Virus record (IMG/VR): IMGVR_UViG_3300020048_000015
Location: 1-64,000 of that record
Length of the DNA stretch: 64,000 nucleotides
Reading direction: 5' to 3' (one strand)
DNA from: a virus
Numbering within the stretch: the stretch's first letter is position 1; each line of letters starts with the position of its first letter. The position numbers were made by a program, and so were the translations under genes. Under the pieces are notes generated by a model. The model saw only the letters and a list, made by a program, of their open reading frames with translations, was not told where the DNA came from and searched no databases. Positions 48,934-58,893 of this stretch are shown here, one piece after another.

Positions 48934-49325
48934 CAAAACAATATCTATACAACCGATTATACGATACAGCTTTTATATACAATGACTATACATACAATTA
49001 TTTAGACAATAAAAAAATTCATATGCTTATAGATTCATATGGAAAGGGTGAACTAAATATAGATATTTACGAATTTAAAGATACAAATTTTGATTTTAAT
49101 AGTATAATTTTTATCATAATAAATCACGAAAATATACGAAAAATGCTTAGTGTTAAATTCAACAATTTTAAACAAACCTTTAATTTCAATCAAGTAAATG
49201 AACCATCAACCATATCATTGAATTTTTCTATAAATTCAATAGAAATTGAACAGGATTCAAATGATATAGACACAGAACTACCAATTATAATTAGAAACTT
49301 AAAATTGAATAATATTATAGATTAA
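48930..49325 (+). CDS. C-tagged hypothetical protein
   Basis: Ends IRNLKLNNIID. Confidence 0.7.
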   Translation: MTKQYLYNRLYDTAFIYNDYTYNYLDNKKIHMLIDSYGKGELNIDIYEFKDTNFDFNSIIFIIINHENIRKMLSVKFNNFKQTFNFNQVNEPSTISLNFSINSIEIEQDSNDIDTELPIIIRNLKLNNIID

Positions 49326-49327
49326 AA

Positions 49328-49357
49328 AGAATAAGCACCAAATTTGGTGCTTATTCT
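49328..49357. terminator. 30-bp perfect palindrome between convergent genes
   Basis: AGAATAAGCACCAAATTTGGTGCTTATTCT. Confidence 0.75.
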
Positions 49358-49878
49358 AATAACATATATAACTTTATTTCCCTTTCTAATGAAGAAATAT
49401 AATCTCTTATATATTCTTCTTTAACCAAGTAATAATCTTCATTATATGGCCAACTATGTCTTATTTTAAGGCATTCACTTTTAAAATGACTATATATACT
49501 TTTAAATAAAGTATGACAGTCATAATCATTCATAAAATTAATTAAATTTTTAATATAATCAAATTCAGAATTTATTATTAAATCAAACATATCCTTATCT
49601 TTTAAGATAGATAAATATTGATCAATTATTAAAGACAAATCTTCTTTACAAATCACACCAGTTATTTTCGGACTGCCAAAATAAAAATATATCTTATTCT
49701 TAAGAAGATATTTTAACAATTTAATCAAATTAGTTTTAGCCCTTAAATCTATTATAACCCAAACATCACCATCTATAATTTCCAATAATCTTATATTAAC
49801 CTTATTGAAATAATAAATCATATTGTTCGATATCTTCCAATTTGGATCTGTATTCGGCAGGAAAGTGTTTAAGTCCAT
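49351..49878 (-). CDS. C-tagged hypothetical protein
   Basis: Ends SLEREIKLYMLLE. Confidence 0.7.
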   Translation of the reverse strand: MDLNTFLPNTDPNWKISNNMIYYFNKVNIRLLEIIDGDVWVIIDLRAKTNLIKLLKYLLKNKIYFYFGSPKITGVICKEDLSLIIDQYLSILKDKDMFDLIINSEFDYIKNLINFMNDYDCHTLFKSIYSHFKSECLKIRHSWPYNEDYYLVKEEYIRDYISSLEREIKLYMLLE

Positions 49879-50203
49879 TCTTTTCTAAATTTCTTTTAAA
49901 TAATCTTTTATCATTAACCCTTGTATCTACACCATAAAAATCAGACCACCTTATTCGACTTTTAAATTTTCCTTTTTTCCCCCATTTATTTTTAGACTTA
50001 GTAGCAAAATGTGTAGTGAAATTTGTTTTAAAGAAAAAAGCATCTGATGTTCCTATTTTATCAAACCAATATGGATTATCCATAGGTATGTCATTTATAT
50101 CTCTGAATCTATAAAATGAATAGCTATATATAGACACTTTTAATCTTTTAATAACAATCTTTTCTTCACTATATCTTCTGATAGACCGTTTCATTGACTT
50201 CAT
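49802..50203 (-). CDS. Basic hypothetical protein
   Basis: ORF; 3' end overlaps the next gene by 77 nt. Confidence 0.55.
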   Translation of the reverse strand: MKSMKRSIRRYSEEKIVIKRLKVSIYSYSFYRFRDINDIPMDNPYWFDKIGTSDAFFFKTNFTTHFATKSKNKWGKKGKFKSRIRWSDFYGVDTRVNDKRLFKRNLEKNGLKHFPAEYRSKLEDIEQYDLLFQ

Positions 50204-50988
50204 ACTATCTTATTTAATACTTCGTTTAATTCACCTTTTGATATAGACCTTGGACCAACTGTTAAATCAACCCACTTAATATTATTTAATCTTTCTATTA
50301 CATTTAGAATAATATTTTTATCATCCAATATAATAAAATAATGTGATTGTTCAGATTTATCAGTATCTATAAATGCTTTTCCAGCATAAACACCAACCCT
50401 TCTAACTGACAAATCTGCTAAATTCTTATCCTTTGTATACTTAAACCCACTTTCTTTAGTGGAAACAATTTTATCACGTTTAATATCTTTCTTTTTCCAA
50501 ATTTGAAAAACACACTTTACATCATAATCATCACCATCTAATAAAAATGATTTTTCATCCAATATTTCTTCATACTCTAAATGATAATATTCTGGAATTT
50601 TATTTTTAACACTTGGTTTAGCAAAACTTAATGGTAAAATAAATGCTATAACATCAGCAAATTCTGAACACCTTTTTATAAATTTCATAGCCAATGAACC
50701 TTGCTTACCAAAAGGTGGATTAGATATAACTAAAATTTCACTACTGACGAAATTTAATTTTGTATAATCCCATTTAAGGAAATCTTCTTTTATAACATTA
50801 TCAATATGCGGTAAAATATCTATACCAATTTTATTTTGGTGTTCTATATTTAGATAGAAAGCCCCATCACCACAACAGGGATCTATAACAAGCTTATAAT
50901 CATCTAATTTAATTTTATTAATTAGATTTTTTGCCAAACTATGTTTTGTATAAAATTTATCTAAATCTGATTTTAATATTCGTTTCAT
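50200..50988 (-). CDS. Amino (N6-adenine/N4-cytosine) DNA methyltransferase
   Basis: IDPCCGDGAF (motif I), ISNPPFG (motif IV). Confidence 0.88.
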   Translation of the reverse strand: MKRILKSDLDKFYTKHSLAKNLINKIKLDDYKLVIDPCCGDGAFYLNIEHQNKIGIDILPHIDNVIKEDFLKWDYTKLNFVSSEILVISNPPFGKQGSLAMKFIKRCSEFADVIAFILPLSFAKPSVKNKIPEYYHLEYEEILDEKSFLLDGDDYDVKCVFQIWKKKDIKRDKIVSTKESGFKYTKDKNLADLSVRRVGVYAGKAFIDTDKSEQSHYFIILDDKNIILNVIERLNNIKWVDLTVGPRSISKGELNEVLNKIV

Positions 50989-51069
50989 ATTATATTTATA
51001 AAATAATAGTCCTTAGTTTTTTAATATATACATTAAAATATATAAACAATCAAATATATTAAAAAGTTC

Positions 51070-52077
51070 ATGAAATACATAAAAACATTTGAAGCATTAA
51101 AACCATCAACATTTAAAAAATATGTTAGTGAATGGAAATCTAATGAGTTAATACAAAATAGATATGAACCCTTATTTAAAGAATTAGGCAGTAAATATGA
51201 ACATGATAAAAAATATTATAGAATATATATACCACTTAATAAAATAATAAAACCATTTGAATTCATATCAAACACACATAGGGAAATATCAAAATTTTTA
51301 GAAGAAAATGATTGTATTATTTTGGATTATATAAATGGTGTTGCTAAATATAAAAGTGCTAAAAATAATTCTTCTATTGCAAAACTATTAAACAAGTTTG
51401 GTGAAAAAGAATTATTAAAAGACTTCATATCAGATGAAAGTAGAAAAGCTATGATAAATCCATCAAATGATATGATGATTGTATTATGCAGACATCCTTA
51501 TGATGTTGTTGGATCTGATACAGATAGAAATTGGACTAACTGTATGACACTAACACAAAAAGGTAGAAATATAAGAGTTGATAAACTTTCAACAGAATAT
51601 ATTTTATTAAAACAAAAGCTACAATTAGAAAGTGATGATAGTGATGAATATAATAGAATATTAAAGAAGATTGAAAATTTAGAACAAGACATAGAATTTA
51701 GAAAAACCCCAGGTGCTAATGTTGCATATTTAATAAATGATGTTAGATTCGGAACATTAAGTGCTTACTTAATTAAAAAGGATGATAAAAATATAGAAAA
51801 TCCATTAGCTTCAATAAGCATAAAACCATATATATCAACTAAATATATATGGAACACACCAAATATAGTTAGATTTATAAATAATCCAAATCAATTTGAT
51901 AATGAACCTTATGACGATGATGATTTAAAATATGATGATTATATGTTATTAGCAGATAATAAAATGTATGGGATGAACAATTTAAGTTTTAAGAGTAGTT
52001 TAAATGATTTATTGGATATGATAAATAATGATAAAGATAAGAATAAGTATATGTTGCACTCAAGATTATACATATAA
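51070..52077 (+). CDS. N-tagged hypothetical protein
   Basis: MKYIKTFEA; RHPYDV...WTNCM. Confidence 0.75.
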   Translation: MKYIKTFEALKPSTFKKYVSEWKSNELIQNRYEPLFKELGSKYEHDKKYYRIYIPLNKIIKPFEFISNTHREISKFLEENDCIILDYINGVAKYKSAKNNSSIAKLLNKFGEKELLKDFISDESRKAMINPSNDMMIVLCRHPYDVVGSDTDRNWTNCMTLTQKGRNIRVDKLSTEYILLKQKLQLESDDSDEYNRILKKIENLEQDIEFRKTPGANVAYLINDVRFGTLSAYLIKKDDKNIENPLASISIKPYISTKYIWNTPNIVRFINNPNQFDNEPYDDDDLKYDDYMLLADNKMYGMNNLSFKSSLNDLLDMINNDKDKNKYMLHSRLYI

Positions 52078-52113
52078 AAAAAAAGACCAAAATTTAATTT
52101 TGGTCTTTTTTTT
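52077..52113. terminator. Bidirectional terminator-like inverted repeat
   Basis: A8-GACCAAAATT...AATTTTGGTC-T8. Confidence 0.7.
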
Positions 52114-52681
52114 ATAATATTTGTTTAAGCATAAGATCACTAAAATCTTTAGGTTGGTATTTTTTAATATCATCTGACATCATTCTAAACACCATTTGCC
52201 CCATTTCTTCATTTCTACGAACACCTCTGCCATGTAAATTAACGAAATTATCAAAACCCATTTCAGTCATAGAATTTAAGGCGAAAATATTTGCTTCTTC
52301 TTCTAATTTTTTATAACCAATTATAAACTTATCAAAATCATTATTTACAACCGTATCATAATAATGTTCAGTTAGTCTACCTTCTCTATGTTGATCACAA
52401 TGTTTTGATTCGTGCAAAGCTAAGAATAATTTAAATATCCAAGGTGCTCCTTGTATTCTTGAATTTATTAAAACTCTATCAGTTCCAATAAAAACACCCA
52501 TTATTGGCTTTGTTGTATTAAATGGAAAATAGTTTAGTTTAATATCTTTTCTATTTATATTCCACCAATTTTCTATTGATTCTAATGGCTTACTTGTTTC
52601 TGCTATTTCCATTAGAAAGTTATTAATACTCATTTCCCCAGGAATGTTTTGATAATTTTCAAATAATTTTAAATGTTTCAT
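52112..52681 (-). CDS. N-tagged protein with a zincin-like HExxH motif
   Basis: MKHLKLFENY; ALHESKH...EEEAN. Confidence 0.65.
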   Translation of the reverse strand: MKHLKLFENYQNIPGEMSINNFLMEIAETSKPLESIENWWNINRKDIKLNYFPFNTTKPIMGVFIGTDRVLINSRIQGAPWIFKLFLALHESKHCDQHREGRLTEHYYDTVVNNDFDKFIIGYKKLEEEANIFALNSMTEMGFDNFVNLHGRGVRRNEEMGQMVFRMMSDDIKKYQPKDFSDLMLKQIL

Positions 52682-52701
52682 ATGTAAGTTTTTTTTTGTA
52701 A

Positions 52702-53871
52702 TTAATTACTAATTATTTTTATATGTGGATTTTCTAATATTATCTTTTTAAATATTGAATAATTAATAGCACATTGTATTCTTAATTGACCCTTACTATC
52801 TTTTTTAAATCTTAATTTAATTGGATAATCTTGTGTTATTAATGAAAATTCACTTCTATAATCTTCCCAACTTTTTTGTACATTACCAATAACTTTCAAC
52901 TTATAATTTAATAATTCATTATACATATTATTCAACATATCAAATGCTTCTGAACCTTCTGATAAATCAGGTAGATAAGATTTCCAAATATCTAAATCAA
53001 TATAAATAATATATTCTTCAATTACGTTTCCTATTCCATCATGAAATCCAATCGCAAGTATAAATCCTTTAACTTTATCATCATATATTCTTTGTAATGA
53101 ACCATCTATAAATTCCAAACCAGATATTCGTTTGAAATCACCCATGTCTATGGATCCACCTTTTCTAATACATTTTATATTCCAATATAAATCTCTTTTT
53201 AGTTTATTATCTACTAAACTAAAATCAACATCTAAACCATTTTCATTAATGACTGATATATATTCAGCTCCATTAAAATATTTAATATCAGCAGGAAATC
53301 TTTTATTTAAAAACCTTTTATCTAATGACCCATAAGCATCCCATTTATCAGGATTTGGCATACTATTAAGTTTATTTAATTTTATCAAATTTGATTCATA
53401 AACAAACCCATGATTTTGTCTTGCTCTTTGACTGTCATTAGAATTTCTAATAAATACAAAAAGATATATTTCCGAACCATTATCATTTAACTTTGAATCT
53501 TCAATTAAATAACCATTAAAATTATGTTTATTATTTTCTAATTCACCAATTTTTAATAATTCCGGTGCATCAAAATAATCTTTGTTTTTTATATCTTTAG
53601 ATGAAATTCTTATATCCCACCTTTTTTTATATTCAATTTGTTCTTCTTCAATATCATCTGATGCATTACTAAATGGTCTATTTTTAGTTGGTTCTAAGGT
53701 AACAAACATACAAAGTGCATATTCATCAAAATTATATGTTTCCATCCAATTTCTAATAATAGATTCATCATATATTGAACTTTCCAATAGACTTTTAATT
53801 CTAAATCTTCTTTGGAAAATATATAATTTTTTTTCTAAAATGAATTCAGAAAATTTATTAACTTTTAACAT
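52702..53871 (-). CDS. N-tagged protein, possible PD-(D/E)XK nuclease
   Basis: MLKVNKFSEFILE; QNHGFVYE...WDA...NIK. Confidence 0.55.
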   Translation of the reverse strand: MLKVNKFSEFILEKKLYIFQRRFRIKSLLESSIYDESIIRNWMETYNFDEYALCMFVTLEPTKNRPFSNASDDIEEEQIEYKKRWDIRISSKDIKNKDYFDAPELLKIGELENNKHNFNGYLIEDSKLNDNGSEIYLFVFIRNSNDSQRARQNHGFVYESNLIKLNKLNSMPNPDKWDAYGSLDKRFLNKRFPADIKYFNGAEYISVINENGLDVDFSLVDNKLKRDLYWNIKCIRKGGSIDMGDFKRISGLEFIDGSLQRIYDDKVKGFILAIGFHDGIGNVIEEYIIYIDLDIWKSYLPDLSEGSEAFDMLNNMYNELLNYKLKVIGNVQKSWEDYRSEFSLITQDYPIKLRFKKDSKGQLRIQCAINYSIFKKIILENPHIKIISN

Positions 53872-53975
53872 ATTCAACATTATTTTTTAAATATAAGTAT
53901 ATATAAAATCTATCAAATCTATTTTTTAAACATACATAATATATTATCATATAATTAGAAAATAATCTAAAAAAT

Positions 53976-54950
53976 ATGATAGTTGATCTTATTATAGATG
54001 GAAATTTTCTTTTAAATCGCTTAACATTTACACTACATAAAAATAATCTTTTATTTGGTGCTTTACACAAAAGTTTAGAAATGTCAATTGCTAATTACAG
54101 AAAATGGTATCCATTTGCTAATATTTATTTAGTTTCCGATTCTAAAGAAAAATCATGGAGAAAAAAATTAAACAATAATTACAAAGCACAAAGAAAAAAA
54201 GACAGTAACATTGATTGGGGATTTGTATTTAAAACATACAATGAATTTAAAGACCAAATAAAATCAAAAGGTGTTAGAGTATTAGAATCCCCATCAATAG
54301 AAGGCGATGATTGGATTTCATTCTTAGTTGAAAAATCAAATTCTGAAAAAAAATCCACATTCATTGTTAGTAATGATTATGATATAAAACAATTAATAAA
54401 TTATTCATTAGACCCACTTACAATAAATATAATGTCTAATGAAATGTATAATAAACAAAAGTTATTCTTACCAAAGAATTATCAATTATTCTTAAATTCA
54501 TTGAATAAATTAGATAATAATGATATTTTTAATCTAAATGATAACCACGAATTTATGTATCTTATGAAAACATTTACAGAAAAATATGAAGTAAATGAAA
54601 TTGATTCAATTGAATCTTTGTTTATAAAGCTTGTTGCAGGTGATTCATCAGATAATATACAATCTGCTTGGTCAGTAACTAAAAATGGCCGCAGAAGAGG
54701 AATAGCAGACAAAGGGGCTAAGAATATATTTGATGAATATGTTACAAGTTATGGTGATCCAAGTATAGAAGACCCAGACTTAACAGAAAACATTGCTGAT
54801 ATAATATGTGAAAAGAAAAAAGTACCTAAATCTTCTATTCCAGACATTCAGAAAAATTTAAAAGATAATATGAAACTTATATTATTGAAAACTTATAATA
54901 TGCCAATTGAAATAACACAAAAAATGATTGAGATATATGATTCAATTTGA
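53976..54950 (+). CDS. 5'-3' exonuclease / T4 RNase H-like flap nuclease
   Basis: IIDGNFLL, EGDDWI, SNDYDIKQL, GDSSDNI. Confidence 0.88.
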   Translation: MIVDLIIDGNFLLNRLTFTLHKNNLLFGALHKSLEMSIANYRKWYPFANIYLVSDSKEKSWRKKLNNNYKAQRKKDSNIDWGFVFKTYNEFKDQIKSKGVRVLESPSIEGDDWISFLVEKSNSEKKSTFIVSNDYDIKQLINYSLDPLTINIMSNEMYNKQKLFLPKNYQLFLNSLNKLDNNDIFNLNDNHEFMYLMKTFTEKYEVNEIDSIESLFIKLVAGDSSDNIQSAWSVTKNGRRRGIADKGAKNIFDEYVTSYGDPSIEDPDLTENIADIICEKKKVPKSSIPDIQKNLKDNMKLILLKTYNMPIEITQKMIEIYDSI

Positions 54951-55434
54951 TGATGATGAAAAAACGATAGAACTATATGGATATATTAAAAGAAATTTGA
55001 ATGGTTTTTACAATTATGATTTTATGGAAAAATTTAATTATAATATAACAGACGACTTCAAAAATGAAATATTTATTTATATTTATATAGTAGCAAAAAA
55101 TATAAATTATTCTCGTGGAATGGACCCAATAAAGTTTCTTCTTGAAAATAAGAATGTGAATTTTCTAAATTTTCTAAGAGAATTTGATTCAACTTTTAAA
55201 GAACATCTATTAATAAACAATAAAAGATCTAAAATTTTAGGAAAAGTATATAATTATACTACAAATAAAATTGAATATGAATTGGAAGATGGTAATTTTA
55301 TACCAGAAGATTTACAATTAAAAACAAAATTTAAAGTAGAATTCAATTGTAATGTATTTCCAAAAGAATATAGAAAGATTATTTATAAACAAGAAAATAG
55401 AGAAGAACAACTAAAAAATATCTTAGATGAGTAA
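54937..55434 (+). CDS. C-tagged hypothetical protein
   Basis: Ends REEQLKNILDE. Confidence 0.7.
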   Translation: MIQFDDDEKTIELYGYIKRNLNGFYNYDFMEKFNYNITDDFKNEIFIYIYIVAKNINYSRGMDPIKFLLENKNVNFLNFLREFDSTFKEHLLINNKRSKILGKVYNYTTNKIEYELEDGNFIPEDLQLKTKFKVEFNCNVFPKEYRKIIYKQENREEQLKNILDE

Positions 55435-55825
55435 AAACATATTAGAAATATCAAAAATTATGTTTAAAGATAGACATAAATGGAATACTGTTACAGATAA
55501 AGAAAAACAATTGTCTTTCTTTATCTACAACAGATATTTTTCAAAGAGATATCATTCATTAGCCCAACTATTAAATAGTAAAGAAATGGACTATGCTTTA
55601 GGTATGGATTTGATATATCATTATTTAAAAGACAAGCCTTATCCAAATTGGTTTTGGAGCAAGTCTGATAAAACTAAGGATAAAAATAAACTTTTCACGG
55701 AAAAAGATTATAAAAAATTAATGGAAGTATTTTCAATTAAGATGGATGAAGTTGAAATTTTAATAGAATATTATCCTGATATTGTTAAAGAAGAATTAGA
55801 TTATATAAACAAAGCAAATAAATAA
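55427..55825 (+). CDS. Hypothetical protein, possibly a T4 gp62-like clamp-loader small subunit
   Basis: FIYNRYFS...WFWSK pattern and replication-gene context; weak. Confidence 0.4.
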   Translation: MSKNILEISKIMFKDRHKWNTVTDKEKQLSFFIYNRYFSKRYHSLAQLLNSKEMDYALGMDLIYHYLKDKPYPNWFWSKSDKTKDKNKLFTEKDYKKLMEVFSIKMDEVEILIEYYPDIVKEELDYINKANK

Positions 55826-55827
55826 TT

Positions 55828-56364
55828 ATGATTATAGAAAAAGCAAAAAAATGGTTCACCATTAAAGTACAAAATAACAGAGAAAAAAGTATATCCGAAA
55901 AATTAAAATTAGATATGCTAAGAAATTACGATGAATACATCCAATTCCTTATTCCAACAAAAGGAATAGCTTCTGTTAAAAATGGTAAAAAAATAATAAA
56001 GGAACAAATATTATACCCAGGCTATCTGTTTGTAGAAACAAATTCAATTGATAAAGTTGAACATTTAGTTAAAGGAACAACTGGTGCAACAAATGTTTTA
56101 AAAGACAGTAATGGTAAACCGACACCAATGAAAGATTCTGAAATAGAACGAATACTTGGTGAAAAAGAAGTTATCAAAGCTATGATTGAATCATCTTTTA
56201 TAAAAGGTGAAAAAGTTGAAATAATAAATGGTCCATTTACAAGTTTTATTGGTGTTGTTGAGTCAGTTGATAATGAAAAAAATAAAATAAAAGTAGAAGT
56301 TCCTATCTTTGGTAGAAACACAGTTGTTGATTTAACCACAAATGATATAAATAAATGCAATTAG
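55828..56364 (+). CDS. nusG: Transcription elongation factor NusG
   Basis: NGN domain WFTIKV...YPGYLFVE; KOW domain GEKVEIINGPF...IFGR. Confidence 0.93.
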   Translation: MIIEKAKKWFTIKVQNNREKSISEKLKLDMLRNYDEYIQFLIPTKGIASVKNGKKIIKEQILYPGYLFVETNSIDKVEHLVKGTTGATNVLKDSNGKPTPMKDSEIERILGEKEVIKAMIESSFIKGEKVEIINGPFTSFIGVVESVDNEKNKIKVEVPIFGRNTVVDLTTNDINKCN

Positions 56365-56382
56365 AATTTTTATATATAATAT

Positions 56383-57120
56383 ATGAAAATTAAAAAATAC
56401 AAAGATTATATATCAGGTGGATTAGCTGATAAAATGAATATTAGCGATATCGCTAAAAAACATAATATACCCACAAAGGATTTAAATAAACAATTAGCTA
56501 AAGGAATAAAAGTTGAAATGGAACATACAAATGATCCAAAGCAGGCAGAAGAAATTGCTTTGGACCATTTGTATGAATTTCCTGATTACTATGATAGATT
56601 GGAAAAAATAGAAGAAAACTTAATAAATGAACAATTAGATTTTAATATAATACCAACTAAATACACAGATATAAAAATATCTTCATTATTTATTATTAAT
56701 AAACAAGATACTATTTATAGATTTATAACAGACAAAGATAATTCATATGATGTATATTTTTCCTTAACATTAGAAAATAATCAACTATTATCTAATAATA
56801 TTGAACTATATAAATACACAAAATCATATATACCAACTATTTATTTTTCATTGACTAAAAGAGGATTGGATCCAAATAATTTTGATAAACTCACAAACAA
56901 TGATGAATTATTTGAAGTTATGGGAAAAGTTATGTTTCTAATAATTGAATATATTAATAAACATAACTATACAGTATATTCCATTGGAGAAGTTGATTCT
57001 AAAAAATATAAATTATATTCATATTATTTATCCAATATAAATTGGCTATCCTTATTAGAAGGAACATCAAAAAATTATAACAATAAAAAATGCTACTATT
57101 TAATAAATGAAAACAGGTGA
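56383..57120 (+). CDS. N-tagged protein with a DUF5661-like domain
   Basis: GIKVEMEHTND...EIALDHL.E.PDYY. Confidence 0.7.
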   Translation: MKIKKYKDYISGGLADKMNISDIAKKHNIPTKDLNKQLAKGIKVEMEHTNDPKQAEEIALDHLYEFPDYYDRLEKIEENLINEQLDFNIIPTKYTDIKISSLFIINKQDTIYRFITDKDNSYDVYFSLTLENNQLLSNNIELYKYTKSYIPTIYFSLTKRGLDPNNFDKLTNNDELFEVMGKVMFLIIEYINKHNYTVYSIGEVDSKKYKLYSYYLSNINWLSLLEGTSKNYNNKKCYYLINENR

Positions 57121-57346
57121 TAGAATTAAAATAATATATGTTTGTGCGCCATTTATTAATTATGATTTTTTGGGAAAAGAATCAACTATAACAGTAACAG
57201 AATCTGGTCTAATATATTTGGATGATTTTGACATATTTATAAGTCAACGACTTATAAAATTAATTGATGATGAACAAGAAGAAATTGAAAATAATGTTTT
57301 CATACCAACAATTGAAGCAATGACTGAAATAAAAAAGACTGATTAA
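57107..57346 (+). CDS. Hypothetical protein
   Basis: ORF. Confidence 0.6.
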   Translation: MKTGDRIKIIYVCAPFINYDFLGKESTITVTESGLIYLDDFDIFISQRLIKLIDDEQEEIENNVFIPTIEAMTEIKKTD

Positions 57347-57367
57347 TTTAATTAATCAGTCTTTTTT
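57331..57367. terminator. Bidirectional terminator-like inverted repeat
   Basis: AAAAAAGACTGATTAATT-T-AATTAATCAGTCTTTTTT. Confidence 0.75.
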
Positions 57368-57371
57368 ATTT

Positions 57372-58289
57372 TTACAAAAAATCTTTTCTATACTTAAATA
57401 ATGATATATCTTTTTGTTTACATTCCAATTCAATATCAACATCAAGACCACACATATCAAATTTTTCGTGCAGAAAATCAGCATGTGCTGCTAATTTTGA
57501 TGTGCCATCTTCATATAGTTTTCTTGAAGAAGAATGATGACACAATGGCTTTATATCTTTCCAAGTTGATGCGCCTAACATAAGTGTATCAGACCAAGAT
57601 ATATTATCAGTATGACATTGATAATGTAAACTATCAACAATTATAGGTATGCCAATTTTCTTATATATCATATTATGTAACATATTAACTGAAAATTGAT
57701 TTACACTATCATCATTTTCAACAGTTAATCTTTTTTTAGTTGATTCTGATAAATATTGAAAGTTATTACAAAATTTATCAGCAGCATCTTGTAATGTTGG
57801 CTTTGTAGTTCCTATATGTATATTTATAGAATAATATGGATTCATATCTAATCCCATATAATCCAATATTTCTGAATGTTTGTTTAATTCACTAATTGTA
57901 TTTTCAACAACTCTATCATTTTCAGAAGCCAAAACATTAAATTGACCAGGATGGAAACCAATTCTTATATTATTTGATTTAACTAACTTTCCAATTTTAA
58001 TTAAAACACTTTCTATTTTTTTAAAATTTGGTAGGTCAGTAAAGTTAAAATGACTCATCCAAGGAAAAAGATCTGATGATAATCTATATATATGGATATT
58101 ATTTCTAACATTCCATTCTAATATTTTTAGAACATCAGTTAGATTTAACAGTGCTAATTCGGAAGCATAAGATATTCCTTTGCTATCAAATGTCTTTTTA
58201 ATCATACCACGATTAACAGTAATTTGGTCTTTTTTAGATAAGTTTTTATTTAAACTTAAATTAATACAACAATAACCTATATTTTTCAT
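57372..58289 (-). CDS. uvsE: UV DNA damage endonuclease
   Basis: IGYCCIN, YRLSSDLFPW, GFHPGQF, LTVENDD, HHSSS, HADF; TATCTTTG upstream at 58308-58315. Confidence 0.92.
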   Translation of the reverse strand: MKNIGYCCINLSLNKNLSKKDQITVNRGMIKKTFDSKGISYASELALLNLTDVLKILEWNVRNNIHIYRLSSDLFPWMSHFNFTDLPNFKKIESVLIKIGKLVKSNNIRIGFHPGQFNVLASENDRVVENTISELNKHSEILDYMGLDMNPYYSINIHIGTTKPTLQDAADKFCNNFQYLSESTKKRLTVENDDSVNQFSVNMLHNMIYKKIGIPIIVDSLHYQCHTDNISWSDTLMLGASTWKDIKPLCHHSSSRKLYEDGTSKLAAHADFLHEKFDMCGLDVDIELECKQKDISLFKYRKDFL

Positions 58290-58356
58290 ATTTTTTTGTT
58301 TTATAATCAAAGATAAAAAAAAATTTCCAAATAAAAAAATTAATATATAGAATTAT

Positions 58357-58875
58357 ATGAAATATTTAAAATTATTCGAAAACTTTAATAAATCAGAGAT
58401 TGATGAAATTTGTAATGAATATGATATAAAAAATTATATTATAAATCCGGATGGAAGCATAGATGTAGATGGTAGTGTTGATTTAGCATACAAAAGACTA
58501 TCGGAACTTCCACTTAAATTTAATACAGTTAGTGGTGGTTTTAATTGTTCTAATAATAACTTAACTACATTAGAAGGTGCTCCTAATTATGTTGGGAAAA
58601 ACTTACTATGCCAAAATAATAACTTAACAAGTTTAGATGGGTTTCCAAATGTTGTAGGTGGTGAATCTTGGATACTATATAATCCTATACATGAAATCAC
58701 ACGTTTATTTGGCTATACTAAAATATATTTAGAATATCAAGAAACATATAATTTTGTCAGAAAGGATTCTAAAGTAGTTAAATATTTATTTGAAGAAGCA
58801 TTAAATGATTATAATGAATACTACAATAAAGAAGTTAAATTACCAGAAGAAATATACAGATATACTTATATCTAA
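58357..58875 (+). CDS. N-tagged LRR-like protein, type B (2 repeats)
   Basis: MKYLKLFENF + head + repeats + type B tail. Confidence 0.9.
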   Translation: MKYLKLFENFNKSEIDEICNEYDIKNYIINPDGSIDVDGSVDLAYKRLSELPLKFNTVSGGFNCSNNNLTTLEGAPNYVGKNLLCQNNNLTSLDGFPNVVGGESWILYNPIHEITRLFGYTKIYLEYQETYNFVRKDSKVVKYLFEEALNDYNEYYNKEVKLPEEIYRYTYI

Positions 58876-58893
58876 ATAAAAATAATAATTTAA

